Shown here: in pieces, positions 1 through 10,048 of the stretch
Layout: every line of letters begins with the position of its first letter
How positions within the stretch are numbered: the stretch's first letter is position 1
Source of the DNA: Nitrosopumilus sp.
GTDB lineage: Archaea; Thermoproteota; Nitrososphaeria; Nitrososphaerales; Nitrosopumilaceae
Length of the DNA: 64,000 nt
NCBI GenBank assembly: GCA_965204345.1
Contig: OZ241981.1
Coordinates: 1,568,001 to 1,632,000, forward strand
Reading direction: 5' to 3'
Notes under the pieces: generated by a model
The model's database searches: none
What the model saw: only the letters and a program-made list of their open reading frames with translations
What the model was told of the DNA's origin: nothing
Made by a program: the position numbers and the translations under genes

Positions 1-2
1 CT

Positions 3-818
3 TATGTACAATTACTAAAAGAGGATCTTGTAATCATGAGATTGGTTCCAAAGGATGGACCGGTTCCAGAATACAAAGCAGGTCAATTCATTACATTAGG
101 ACTGCCAAATCCTGTAGAGGATGGAAAGATTGTTAGACGTGCATATTCAATTGCATCCCATCCAGAAAACCGAGATTATGTTGAATTGGTAATTAGGTGG
201 GTTAGAAAGCCACTACCTGGCAGACTGACTACACAAATATTTAATGCAAAAGAAGGGGATGAAATTCTTTGGTTAAAGCCAACTGGTAAGGCGTTAGAAA
301 TTAATGAGGAATTAGCAAACGGTGAAAAAGACAATAGGCGGATTATTTGCATTGGCGGAGGAACAGGCTTGGCCCCCTTTGTAAGCTTTGCACAGCATCT
401 CCATGACATTAATGATAAGCGTGAAATCATAGTATTGCACGGAGCAAGCTATGTTGACGAATTAAGCTACAAGGACTTGCTAACCGGTCTTGAAAACGAT
501 AGTATTGCCAGAGGCAAGAATGAATGGAATTTCAGATACAGAGCTGCAATAAGCAGACCACAAGAATGGTTCAACAGATCATGGGCCGGCCAAGTTGGAA
601 GGGTTGAGACATTCCTACGACCAAGAGAAAACGGTGTATCCCCACTAGAGGAACTAATTGATGATAAAATTACAAAGGAAAACACAATATTCTATGTCTG
701 TGGTTGGCAGGGAACAATAGACGGGGTAATGGACTTTTTAAAGCCCAAAGGATTTGTTACTGAACATGACAAAAGAGAAGACGGTAGCTTTGAAGTCAAG
801 TACGAGTCATACGGATAG
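3..818 (+). CDS. Ferredoxin-NADP(+) reductase family FAD/NAD(P)-binding oxidoreductase (5'-truncated by window edge)
   Basis: RAYSIAS FAD motif, GGGTGLAPF NAD(P) motif, YVCGW and C-terminal ESYG. The frame is open upstream of the ATG at 36 (YVQLLKEDLVI), so the true start lies outside the window. Confidence 0.9.
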   Translation, partial: YVQLLKEDLVIMRLVPKDGPVPEYKAGQFITLGLPNPVEDGKIVRRAYSIASHPENRDYVELVIRWVRKPLPGRLTTQIFNAKEGDEILWLKPTGKALEINEELANGEKDNRRIICIGGGTGLAPFVSFAQHLHDINDKREIIVLHGASYVDELSYKDLLTGLENDSIARGKNEWNFRYRAAISRPQEWFNRSWAGQVGRVETFLRPRENGVSPLEELIDDKITKENTIFYVCGWQGTIDGVMDFLKPKGFVTEHDKREDGSFEVKYESYG

Positions 819-870
819 AAATTAAAAAATTCAATCATTGAAATATGAGGTTTATCTAGCTGATGTATAA

Positions 871-1470
871 TTGATTACGGCACTATATCTTGCACATCTA
901 AATCCGGTAACTAATGCGCATATAGAAATCATTTCAGAACTAAAAAAGGCAGCAGATGTTGTGAAGGTTATGCCTGTGGTATTCCGGGATGGAGACAGGG
1001 AAATCAACAGCAAGAGCTTCCCATTTAATTTTGAGACCAGAAAAAAAATGCTGACTGCGATATTTGGCGATTCAATTCAGATTACAGATGACTATGCCTT
1101 TGTTGCCCCGTTCAAAAAATATTTGCCGCCGCTAGTAAGACGCAAATCATGGAAGCTCCGAAAACAGATTCTTCAGGGGGTTGACGGGGAATTTTTTTCA
1201 TATACGGGAAACAAGGCAGAAGGATACATGTTGAAAATGTACAGATTAAAACCAAAAATTGGGGAAAGAAAGTCCCTGTCTGCAACATCAGTCAAAGAAA
1301 AACTGTATGATTCAGTGACCAAAAAAGAGTCTTCATGGAAAAAAGACGTGCCAGAAAAGATTGTAGGCATAATTGAGGAGGAGTGGAAGACAGTTGAAAA
1401 ATATGCAAACATGGAAGACATGACCACAAGGGTTGTAGGGATGAAATTCCCCAAAGAGGGGTACCATTGA
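871..1470 (+). CDS. HIGH-superfamily nucleotidyltransferase (cytidylyltransferase/NMNAT-like)
   Basis: N-terminal LNPVTNAH (HxGH variant), PFNFETRKKM, and SATSVKE resembling the SAT/ST motif of NMNAT/PPAT enzymes. Confidence 0.7.
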   Translation: MITALYLAHLNPVTNAHIEIISELKKAADVVKVMPVVFRDGDREINSKSFPFNFETRKKMLTAIFGDSIQITDDYAFVAPFKKYLPPLVRRKSWKLRKQILQGVDGEFFSYTGNKAEGYMLKMYRLKPKIGERKSLSATSVKEKLYDSVTKKESSWKKDVPEKIVGIIEEEWKTVEKYANMEDMTTRVVGMKFPKEGYH

Positions 1471-1504
1471 AAATAGATTAATACACACTGCGTAAAAGTT
1501 TCCT

Positions 1505-2422
1505 ATGAAACTTTCACTTTCAAAATACGTGTGGTTTGACGGAAGATATGTCCTTGCACAAAAAGCCCACGTTCCAATTACAACACATGCAATACACTAT
1601 GGAACCTCGGTCTTTGAAGGCATAAGGGCATATTGGAACGGGAGGAATCTTTACGTGTTTAGACTAGACGAACATGTAAAACGATTCAGAAAGTCAGGCC
1701 AATTCTATAATATCTCGCTTAATTTTTCGGATCAGCAAATTACTGATGCGGTAATAGGAATTTGCAAAAAAAATAAAATAAAAAAGTCCTGTTACATCAG
1801 GCCGTTTTACTTTGTGGGAGACTATGGAATTAACCTGCACGTAACTGAAAAAGCCCCTACAAACGTCGCAATCTTTACATTTCCTTTCGGTGATCTGTTT
1901 GACAAAAACGGAATTACCGCAGGAGTCGTATCCTGGAGAAAGTTTTCAGATGCCTCAACCCCGCCGCAAGCAAAAATGGGCGGAAACTATCTAAACTCAA
2001 TTATTGCCACACAAGAGGCAAAGCGCAACGGGGTAGATGAGGCAGTCCTGCTTGATCATAACGGAAATGTCAGTGAGGCGCCAGGTGAGAATATTTTCAT
2101 CGTAAGAAACGGCCAGCTGATAACACCGCCACTTGCATCGTCGGCTTTGGAGGGAATCACGCGCGATGCAATAATCAAAATTGCAAAAGATTTGGATGTG
2201 GATGTCATTGAAAGGGAAATCACAAGAAGCGAGCTGATCATATCAGATGAAATCTTTCTAACAGGCACAGCAGCTGAGATAACGCCCATCATAGAAATGG
2301 ATTCAAGGAAGATAGGCAACAGAAGACCAGGAGATATGACAAAAAAGATGATGCAGGAATATGCAGAGATTGTAATGAATAAAAATGAGGATTACGCCCA
2401 TTGGCTGACTGAGGTATACTGA
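1505..2422 (+). CDS. ilvE: Branched-chain amino acid aminotransferase (PLP class IV)
   Basis: HYGTSVFEGIRAY, AKMGGNY (PLP lysine), EAPGENIF, LEGITR, GTAAEITPI. Confidence 0.95.
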   Translation: MKLSLSKYVWFDGRYVLAQKAHVPITTHAIHYGTSVFEGIRAYWNGRNLYVFRLDEHVKRFRKSGQFYNISLNFSDQQITDAVIGICKKNKIKKSCYIRPFYFVGDYGINLHVTEKAPTNVAIFTFPFGDLFDKNGITAGVVSWRKFSDASTPPQAKMGGNYLNSIIATQEAKRNGVDEAVLLDHNGNVSEAPGENIFIVRNGQLITPPLASSALEGITRDAIIKIAKDLDVDVIEREITRSELIISDEIFLTGTAAEITPIIEMDSRKIGNRRPGDMTKKMMQEYAEIVMNKNEDYAHWLTEVY

Positions 2423-3357
2423 TGAAAATTGTACAAATTGGAACAGGCGGATGGGGAAAGAATCACACCAGGGTCTTGTCCCAGTTAGGCGTACTAGCAG
2501 CCGTATGTGATGCAGACTCACAGAAAAGCAAAGAGTATGGAGAACAGTATTCAGTTAACCACTATACATCATTAGATGAATTATTAGATTCTGAGGAGTT
2601 TGATGGTGCATTTGTTGTAACACCGACATCCACCCATGCTGAAATTGCACAAAAATTGCTAGAGATGAAAAAACACGTCTTTGTTGAAAAACCCATGACG
2701 TATCAGTCCGAAGACGGCAAAAGACTTGCAAGACTGGCAGAAAAAAATAAGGTTATTCTGACATGCGGGTACATTGAAAGATTCAATCCTGCTGTCGATG
2801 TTGTAAAAAATATGGTGAAAGAAAAAAGATATGGTGAGCTGATGATGCTTGAATTTCACAGGGAGAATAGAATGCCCCTGCACATCAAGGATGTGGGCAT
2901 TATTTATGATACTTCAGTACACGATATTGATACTGCTAACTGGCTGTTTGATGATATGCCCCAAGTAGTATTTGCAAGGGCGGGAAAAATAAAGCATGAA
3001 CATGAAGACTTTGCCAGCATTATGCTGGGATACAAAAATGACAGGGTTGCAATCATTTCATCAAACTGGATCACGCCAAAGAAAGTCAGAAAATTTAACG
3101 CAGTATGTGCAGATGCAATAGTCTCATCTGATTTTATCAGCCAGGAAATTATAGTGGAAAAAGATACAGAATCAGAAACGGTCCAAAACGAAAAACAGGA
3201 GCCATTACTACTAGAAATTCAGAGTTTTCTAGGGGCAATTGAGGGTAAAAACCAGCAAGTGGTAAAATCACACGAGGCAGTAAGTGTTACAAAGATTGCC
3301 GAAGCTGCACTTTTATCTAGCCAAAAGGGAATTCCCATTTATCTGGATTTAAAATGA
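2422..3357 (+). CDS. Gfo/Idh/MocA family oxidoreductase (WbpB/WlbA-like nucleotide-sugar dehydrogenase)
   Basis: IGTGGWG Rossmann motif, VEKPM, GYIERFNPAV, DTSVHDID. Start overlaps the ilvE stop (TGATG). Confidence 0.88.
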   Translation: MKIVQIGTGGWGKNHTRVLSQLGVLAAVCDADSQKSKEYGEQYSVNHYTSLDELLDSEEFDGAFVVTPTSTHAEIAQKLLEMKKHVFVEKPMTYQSEDGKRLARLAEKNKVILTCGYIERFNPAVDVVKNMVKEKRYGELMMLEFHRENRMPLHIKDVGIIYDTSVHDIDTANWLFDDMPQVVFARAGKIKHEHEDFASIMLGYKNDRVAIISSNWITPKKVRKFNAVCADAIVSSDFISQEIIVEKDTESETVQNEKQEPLLLEIQSFLGAIEGKNQQVVKSHEAVSVTKIAEAALLSSQKGIPIYLDLK

Positions 3358-3623
3358 ACAAGACAATGATGGATATTTTGGCATGTCCTATTGACAAGGC
3401 TCATCCCTTGGAACTATTTGAAATAAAGGCAAAAGGCGAAGTCGTCTCAGAGGGTGCACTATTCTGCCCAAAATGTTCCCGATTTTATCCAATTATTGAA
3501 GAAATTCCAATTATGCTGCCTGATGAATTGCGGGACAAAAAGCAAGAAATGGAATTTCTAAAAAATTACAGCGATAAATTACCTGAAAAAATTATTACAA
3601 AGGCAAACCCCTGGCATTTGTGA
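3354..3623 (+). CDS. Trm112 family methyltransferase activator
   Basis: DILACPIDK...EGALFCPKCSRFYPIIEEIPIML pattern. Confidence 0.88.
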   Translation: MNKTMMDILACPIDKAHPLELFEIKAKGEVVSEGALFCPKCSRFYPIIEEIPIMLPDELRDKKQEMEFLKNYSDKLPEKIITKANPWHL

Positions 3624-3627
3624 AACA

Positions 3628-4107
3628 ATGGTTACTACCAACTCAGTTTCAGAAAGGGCAAAGATTGGCCAAAATGTCCAGATTTGGCATTTTTCATATG
3701 TTGGAGATGATGTAGAGGTTGGGGATAACGTCAAAATTGGTTCCCTTGCACATATAGATTATGACGTAAAGATTGGAGAGAATACAAAGATTGAAGGCCA
3801 GGCATACATTCCGCCACTTTCAAGAATTGGAAAAAATGTATTCATTGGACCTGCAGCAGTACTGACAAATGATCCTTACCCGATGTGTGAGAAGATGAGG
3901 GGTGTTACAATTAAAGACAATGCCATAATTGGCGCACGCGCAGTCATCAGGGCAGGGGTTACCGTCGGAGAGAACAGCGTTGTAGCAATGGGGGCAGTAG
4001 TGGTAAGGGACGTTCCAGAAAATTCCGTTGTTATTGGCTCTCCTGCTACAGTTAGGTACAGCAGGGAAGAATACGACAAAAAACAAAGACGGTGGAAACA
4101 AGGCTAG
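3628..4107 (+). CDS. Hexapeptide-repeat N-acetyltransferase (WbpD-like)
   Basis: Left-handed beta-helix repeats (IGQNVQ, VGDNVK, IGENTK, IGKNVF), TNDPYP, VVRDVP..GSPA. Confidence 0.88.
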   Translation: MVTTNSVSERAKIGQNVQIWHFSYVGDDVEVGDNVKIGSLAHIDYDVKIGENTKIEGQAYIPPLSRIGKNVFIGPAAVLTNDPYPMCEKMRGVTIKDNAIIGARAVIRAGVTVGENSVVAMGAVVVRDVPENSVVIGSPATVRYSREEYDKKQRRWKQG

Positions 4108-4334
4108 CGCCCAATTTCTTGTCTGAAAATAAAGTTTTTTAACTTTGATAAGGTTACAATCCAAACCAAAACAAGGATTAACGCAATTGCAGCCTTGATC
4201 ACAGATGCAACAAGCCAGTTTAGATCACCAAAACCGGCAATGGTTATTGGTCCTAGTAGATTAACTACGATTCCGCCGCCAACCATCATTAGAACCCACA
4301 TTGCAAAAAGAAATCTATACAGACCAAACTTCAA
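4104..4334 (-). CDS. Small hypothetical membrane protein
   Basis: 76 aa with two hydrophobic segments; start overlaps the stop of the upstream glycosyltransferase. Confidence 0.7.
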   Translation of the reverse strand: MKFGLYRFLFAMWVLMMVGGGIVVNLLGPITIAGFGDLNWLVASVIKAAIALILVLVWIVTLSKLKNFIFRQEIGR

Positions 4335-5326
4335 AGTTTTACACCCATCATAAATGCAGTGATTACTGCCAGTGTCCCTGAAAATATTGCCAGCTTGAAG
4401 ATCGCAAATCCGACTTGCTTCTCAGACAATGGTCCTGCGCCTGTTAAAATCAGTCTCACCAAAGTGACAGGCGCTTTTGCATCATCTGTTGCCTTTAGTT
4501 TGAAATCCTCGGTATGCTCAACTGGGACGCCGCTGATTTGCCGATGCTCTACAACTCGTTTTACGCTTGAGAGAAACAAAAACGAATTGATTATTGCAGG
4601 CAGTAGGGCTACTGTTGCAACAATTTCTACCTCGCCCACAATGGCAATGGTGCCATACATTGCACCAAATGCCAGGGCTCCAGAATCACCAGGAAAAATT
4701 TTGCTTGGAATCTTGTGGTATTTGTAAAATGCCAAGGAAACAAACCCAAGCGGCAGACTGGCTATTGCAATCTCATAGTTTTGCATGACAAACAGACAAA
4801 TGGATAGTGAGAAACCTGCAATGACCATAAAGCCGCTTGCAACACCGTTTAGCACATCAATTGAATTAATTGTATTTCCAGTTACAGAAATCATGAAAAC
4901 TATCAATACCAAATACAAAATAGGAATTTGTACTTCGCCAAATAACGGGAACGCAAGATTTGTATCATATGCACCAAGTGCAATTATTGGAAGCGCTGCA
5001 ATTCCAAGTGCCACTGGTTTGAACCAGCCTCCCATGACTTTTCTATCATCAACATATCCAATTGCAAAAGCAGCAGACGTTGTAACCATAATTGCAAGAA
5101 TCTCATTTGTCTGTAAAAACGCATAAAGAACAATTTCGGATGCCACTATCCCGAAAATAATTGACAGGCCCCCGGGCCTTGCTATCATGATGTCTCCTTT
5201 TTTGTTCACGTCTTTTACTGTAAAATTTCTTTTTTCTAGAAATCTGATCAGCGGAGGAGTTGTTGCAAATACGACAAAAAATGCAACAATGCATGAGATT
5301 ACTGCAGGTATTACTAGCTCAATCAA
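4331..5326 (-). CDS. UDP-GlcNAc:dolichol-phosphate GlcNAc-1-P transferase (MraY/GPT family, AglH-like)
   Basis: Multi-pass membrane protein with GYVDD, NTINSIDVLNG and IFPGDSG motifs. Confidence 0.88.
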   Translation of the reverse strand: MIELVIPAVISCIVAFFVVFATTPPLIRFLEKRNFTVKDVNKKGDIMIARPGGLSIIFGIVASEIVLYAFLQTNEILAIMVTTSAAFAIGYVDDRKVMGGWFKPVALGIAALPIIALGAYDTNLAFPLFGEVQIPILYLVLIVFMISVTGNTINSIDVLNGVASGFMVIAGFSLSICLFVMQNYEIAIASLPLGFVSLAFYKYHKIPSKIFPGDSGALAFGAMYGTIAIVGEVEIVATVALLPAIINSFLFLSSVKRVVEHRQISGVPVEHTEDFKLKATDDAKAPVTLVRLILTGAGPLSEKQVGFAIFKLAIFSGTLAVITAFMMGVKL

Positions 5327-7453
5327 TTATCTAACCCTTTGTAGTTCTGCCTTTATGTTATCTGCTATGGTTGAGCCAATTTTATCAATCTCTGCCAATT
5401 TGTTTACCCGAATTTTTCTCAAATCATCCAAATTCTTTATCCCGTGTTTGTAAAGAATCCTGGCTCTGACTCGTCCAATTCCCTTGACTCTGACTAGATC
5501 AAGCAGTTCCTCTCTGATTCCATAAACAACCCTTCTTCTCAAATCACCCAGCTCTTCAAGCAAGTCGGCTCTTTGGACATTCTTTGAAATCTCTCTCAAG
5601 CAGTACGAGAGCCAGTTGGCATTTTCAGCCATTCTGTGCATGTCTCCGGATTCAATTCCTAATCTATCAGATAGGGATAGTTCAGTAGACTCGGTAATCC
5701 AAGACTGTAAAGCAAGCAGGCTCCTTGAGCAGTCATATTCAGATATCGGCTCTAGTAACTCTGAGGAATTATTCTCAATTAATAGACTGGCAGCTTCGTA
5801 GTCCTTTTGCCGAAGTGAGAATTTTGGGAAAAACTCCTCAGAGTTTGTAATCAGATGCAGGTATCCAAAAGTATGTTTTCTGTCTTGAGATACGCCCTCA
5901 ATTGCATCCCTAAAGTCTGTGGCAGTCACCGGATCAATGTACAGCATGGATGCCTTTTTTCCAAACTCAGTGGCAGCGTATCTTTGGCCCTTTTTTATAA
6001 TTAAGAGCTTGCTTGATAAAAACCTCAAGGAGATATCAATTGCAAACTTTATGGTTGGTTTTCTTGATTGCAATCCTCCCAGAGTCTGCAAAAAGAATTC
6101 CAGAATTTCCTCTTTTTTAATTCCCGGATGAGTTACTATGACACTTAGAATATGGGTCCGCAAAGACTTGTCATCAGTAATTCTTGATTCAATTGGTTCT
6201 GGCTCTCCATCAATGTAGTGCTCTGTCAGATCCTCCGTGTTTCCATTTCCGACAATTATTGATTCCCCATAATCATCATACTGCGGTCTTCCGGCCCGTC
6301 CGCAAAGCTGCTTGTATTCCAGGATGCTAATTGGCCTGTTTGCACCGACCTTTGCATTGTATCTGTTTACGTTTGATATTACAACCCTTCTTGCAGGCAG
6401 GTTAACGCCTGCTGCCAGTGTGGGAGTTGATGACAGCAGCTTGATGGTTCCCTTGCGAAATTCTGCCTCGACGGTCTCTCTGCACCTCTGATTCAGTCCC
6501 GCATGATGAAACGCAACCCCCTTTTTTACAAGCAGCGCCAGCGTCTTTACCAATTCGGTATGCTCGTTTTCAGACAGAATTTTTCTTGATGCCTCTTCTA
6601 GTGCTGTAATCTCTTTTTTTTCTAGCATTTTTGATATCACATCAGATGCCTTTGTTGCCAAAGACTTTGAGCGGGTTCTGGTTTCTGCAAACACCAGGGA
6701 TTGGCCCCCCTGTTCTACTGACTGCACGCCCAAGTCAATTGGGGTTCCACGTAAGCTGCGCTTAACCTCAAATGTCTTGCCATCACTCATTGTAACCTCG
6801 CCTCCGTCACATACCCCCTCAGAGAGAGGAACCGGTCTCCAGTCGTTTGTTACCAGCTTGCAACCAAGCCAATCTGCAATTTCATCAGAATTTGTAATTG
6901 TTGCGCTAAGACCGACAATCTGGGGTCTGGTATCTAGTAATTTTAACTGTGTTAGAATCATCTCAAGTGTCGGACCCCTGCTTTCATCTCCAATCAGGTG
7001 CACTTCATCAGAAATAACCAGACCTATATCATCAACCCATTCGGCACCATGCCTGATGACTGAATCCATCTTTTCATTAGTCAATATCAGCACGTTGCTT
7101 TTTTCTAGATTTTTTTCAATGTTTTCAAAGTCCCCGGTAGATACTGCGACCCTTACTTTGTTTCCCAAAGATACCTTTTCCAATTTTTTAAACTCTGTGA
7201 ATTTCTCAGCAGCTAGTGCTCGCAACGGACTGAGATAAACCACCTTTCCTTTGTTTTTTGAAATATAGCTCATCATTGCAAGCATTGCAATCAGGGTCTT
7301 TCCGCTTGCAGTGGGGGCAGAAACCAAAATGCTCTTCTCATCTAATAGTCCGGACTTTACACTGTCTGCCTGTGGGGGATACAATTCCTCAAAACCCTGG
7401 GATCTTAGAAACTCAATTGCAGAATTTGGAAGTTTCAGCTTATCTATTTTCAT
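5327..7453 (-). CDS. hel308: Hel308/Hjm Ski2-like SF2 DNA helicase
   Basis: APTASGKT, DEVH, GLSAT, FHHAGL, TLAAGVNLPA, QLCGRAGRP and C-terminal HhH (VKGIGRVRAR). Confidence 0.93.
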   Translation of the reverse strand: MKIDKLKLPNSAIEFLRSQGFEELYPPQADSVKSGLLDEKSILVSAPTASGKTLIAMLAMMSYISKNKGKVVYLSPLRALAAEKFTEFKKLEKVSLGNKVRVAVSTGDFENIEKNLEKSNVLILTNEKMDSVIRHGAEWVDDIGLVISDEVHLIGDESRGPTLEMILTQLKLLDTRPQIVGLSATITNSDEIADWLGCKLVTNDWRPVPLSEGVCDGGEVTMSDGKTFEVKRSLRGTPIDLGVQSVEQGGQSLVFAETRTRSKSLATKASDVISKMLEKKEITALEEASRKILSENEHTELVKTLALLVKKGVAFHHAGLNQRCRETVEAEFRKGTIKLLSSTPTLAAGVNLPARRVVISNVNRYNAKVGANRPISILEYKQLCGRAGRPQYDDYGESIIVGNGNTEDLTEHYIDGEPEPIESRITDDKSLRTHILSVIVTHPGIKKEEILEFFLQTLGGLQSRKPTIKFAIDISLRFLSSKLLIIKKGQRYAATEFGKKASMLYIDPVTATDFRDAIEGVSQDRKHTFGYLHLITNSEEFFPKFSLRQKDYEAASLLIENNSSELLEPISEYDCSRSLLALQSWITESTELSLSDRLGIESGDMHRMAENANWLSYCLREISKNVQRADLLEELGDLRRRVVYGIREELLDLVRVKGIGRVRARILYKHGIKNLDDLRKIRVNKLAEIDKIGSTIADNIKAELQRVR

Positions 7454-9537
7454 ACTCGGTTATAGTGACCGGGTTTTGATTCATAAATAGATGCTTCTCT
7501 GAGCATTCTTTGGATGTACTTTCTTGCCTCCTCTTCTGTGAATTTTTCACTCTTTTCTAGTTCCTTGACAAACCCCTTTTCATCTACCGGTATCTTGTTG
7601 TCCCCTTCAAGGCCCTTGAGTACGTCCATGAACAGCTGCATCTTTGAGACCTCGCTTCTTGGCTTTCCTTGCAATACGCCAAGATCCACCTTGCCTGTAT
7701 TGACATCAACTCCTGCATCTTGCAGCATGCTCTGAATTAGAAAGATTGCACGCTCTGCATCCTCTTCTTCTACCTTGTCTTTCATGAGTAGTCTTGCCCT
7801 TGCAGTAGAAAGCCTGATAATTCCCTCCAGTTGCCTGGGGGTAACTGTAATCATTTCTTCAGATTCCACATTTCTCATCTGCAGATAATAGTCCAAGATC
7901 TTTGTTTCTGCATCCTTTGTTAGTTCCGGTTCTCCGCGCTTTGCATATGCCAAATATTTTGTCAGTAAATCAACATCAACTACAGATTTTTTATCAATTT
8001 TTTGCGGAGTGTGCAAATCAATGATGTGCCTTGCAATCTGAGTGTCTCTTTCTCTGGTTGGAATGTCCCTTACAACAAAGATCAGGTCAAACCTTGTAAG
8101 CAACGGAATTGGCAGATTGACGTTTTCTGTAATGTTTTTGAATGGATCATACTTTCCATACATTGGGTTTGCAGCAGCTAAGATGGAAGTTCTGGCATTT
8201 AGCGTAGCTACGATGCCGCCCTTTGCAATGCTTGCAGACTGTTGCTCCATAACCTCGTGCAATGCACTGCGGTCTTCAGGTTTCATTTTGTCAAATTCGT
8301 CTATGCTTACGAGTCCCTGATCACCTAGTACGACGGCTCCTGCCTCTAGCATCATAATTCCGGTCTTGTCTCGAACTACTGCGGCAGTAAGACCAGCTGC
8401 GGTAGAACCCCTGCCAGAAGTGTACAGGCCTCTTGGTGCAATTCTTGCACAAAACTTTAGCATCTCGGATTTTGCAGTACCGGGATCTCCGACTAGAAAT
8501 ACGTTAATGTCCCCTCTGATCTTGCTTCCATCGCCAAGCAGCCGCTGATTGGAACCGACAATAAGTAACAGAATAGCCTCCTTGATTAGTGACTGGCCCT
8601 GAATGTGTGGTGCAAACGAATCAATCAATCTTTGGTATACATCGGGACTTTGGCCTAACCTCTTGATCATCTCTTCTTCTTCAGGAGAAATTTCCTCTCT
8701 TCCAATCTTTCTGTCAGTTTTAGAACCGCGTCCACTCAAAAATTCAATATTGTTTCCCTCAATTCTTAATCTGTACAATCCGCTGTGGCCTCTCTGAATT
8801 CCTGCAACGGATTCCTGCTCAACTCTGACTATGCCTGTGAGAATAACTCTGTCTCCGGGCCTTGAGTTATCTACCAAATCCTGCCTGGTTGTGACGTCAA
8901 TATAGTGGGGCAGCTGTCCTGGGGGCAGGTCTTCTGGAAGTTCCTGCAGTCTTAGTATCTGAAAATCAATAAACTTGCTTGCTTCAGGTTTTAGCTCAAA
9001 ATCCCTGTGCTTGCAGGCAGGATTATCACAGACTATGGGAATTTTCACATCCATCCCTTTGATTTGAATCACCTTGGTTGGATGCTCATCAGGACATACA
9101 AAGACCAATTCTTTTGCAAGCGGCTTTACCTCTGATGCTCTGACCACCATTCCTGAAACGCTGGTAATATGACCGATGGTTTCTGCATTGATCTGTCTTA
9201 GACTTCGCTCCAATGGGAAATTGATGAGCCTTACACGGACTTCATCTTTGATCTTTTCTGCATAATCGGGAAATCTTGTCTGCAGTGCTTCCTTGATTGC
9301 TCTTGCAAACGCATCAAATATCCTATCGGGATTTGTAGCAAAGATTGACTCAATTTGCGGTTCTATTACCAGATCATTGTAATCGACGATGATGTATTTG
9401 GAATTTTTTGGCATCATCTCATCGATTGCATCTACATACTTGTAGTTGCCATCCCTGTCCTTGAATCTAGTAAGAAATTCTTTTACTTTGTCTGACAGTG
9501 CAGAATCCGTAAATGTGCTAGCTTGAGCGGTGCTCAT
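7450..9537 (-). CDS. mcm: MCM replicative helicase
   Basis: GDPGTAKS Walker A, IDEFDKM Walker B, AAANP, RFDL arginine finger, N-terminal Zn motif. Confidence 0.97.
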   Translation of the reverse strand: MSTAQASTFTDSALSDKVKEFLTRFKDRDGNYKYVDAIDEMMPKNSKYIIVDYNDLVIEPQIESIFATNPDRIFDAFARAIKEALQTRFPDYAEKIKDEVRVRLINFPLERSLRQINAETIGHITSVSGMVVRASEVKPLAKELVFVCPDEHPTKVIQIKGMDVKIPIVCDNPACKHRDFELKPEASKFIDFQILRLQELPEDLPPGQLPHYIDVTTRQDLVDNSRPGDRVILTGIVRVEQESVAGIQRGHSGLYRLRIEGNNIEFLSGRGSKTDRKIGREEISPEEEEMIKRLGQSPDVYQRLIDSFAPHIQGQSLIKEAILLLIVGSNQRLLGDGSKIRGDINVFLVGDPGTAKSEMLKFCARIAPRGLYTSGRGSTAAGLTAAVVRDKTGIMMLEAGAVVLGDQGLVSIDEFDKMKPEDRSALHEVMEQQSASIAKGGIVATLNARTSILAAANPMYGKYDPFKNITENVNLPIPLLTRFDLIFVVRDIPTRERDTQIARHIIDLHTPQKIDKKSVVDVDLLTKYLAYAKRGEPELTKDAETKILDYYLQMRNVESEEMITVTPRQLEGIIRLSTARARLLMKDKVEEEDAERAIFLIQSMLQDAGVDVNTGKVDLGVLQGKPRSEVSKMQLFMDVLKGLEGDNKIPVDEKGFVKELEKSEKFTEEEARKYIQRMLREASIYESKPGHYNRV

Positions 9538-10048
9538 TTAGATCTCCTGTTATCTGTTTTTCAAATTCTGCGCTGTTATCATGAATTGTCTTGTAGAAAA
9601 CATTTTCTTCCACAGTCAGTTTACCGTATAGTTCGGAATTGAGCTTGATGGAATCTGCAAGTTTTACCAGCTTGCCTCTACGCATCCGGAATAATTCTAG
9701 CATCATGCTTTCAACTTTGTCAAAATCATTGCCATTAAGTTCCTTCATTGACTCTCTTAGCTTGATGTAAAAGTGCGGATCCAGTGTGGATATTTGGTAT
9801 TCTCCAACCATCTTTTCTTTTGATAGCGCTTGTTTTAGCTCAGTTATCATGTCTGGAGAATCTAGTACTCCTAAATTATTATCAGAGAGAATTTTGCCTA
9901 CCCACTGTGGCAGGTTATTGACCTCACCCTGAGTGCCCTCAATTTTCATTCCGGCCACATTATACTTGAAATCCTGATTGACTGTAACCTTGGCATCCTT
10001 TAGGCGGTATCCTATTGAATGCACTTTTTCTACTTTGTCTATTTCCAT
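9518..10048 (-). CDS. GINS complex subunit (Gins23/Psf2-like)
   Basis: LPQWVGKIL B-domain, LDPHFYIK, MRRGKLVKLA, LTVEE; directly upstream of mcm as in other archaea. Confidence 0.82.
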   Translation of the reverse strand: MEIDKVEKVHSIGYRLKDAKVTVNQDFKYNVAGMKIEGTQGEVNNLPQWVGKILSDNNLGVLDSPDMITELKQALSKEKMVGEYQISTLDPHFYIKLRESMKELNGNDFDKVESMMLELFRMRRGKLVKLADSIKLNSELYGKLTVEENVFYKTIHDNSAEFEKQITGDLNEHRSS

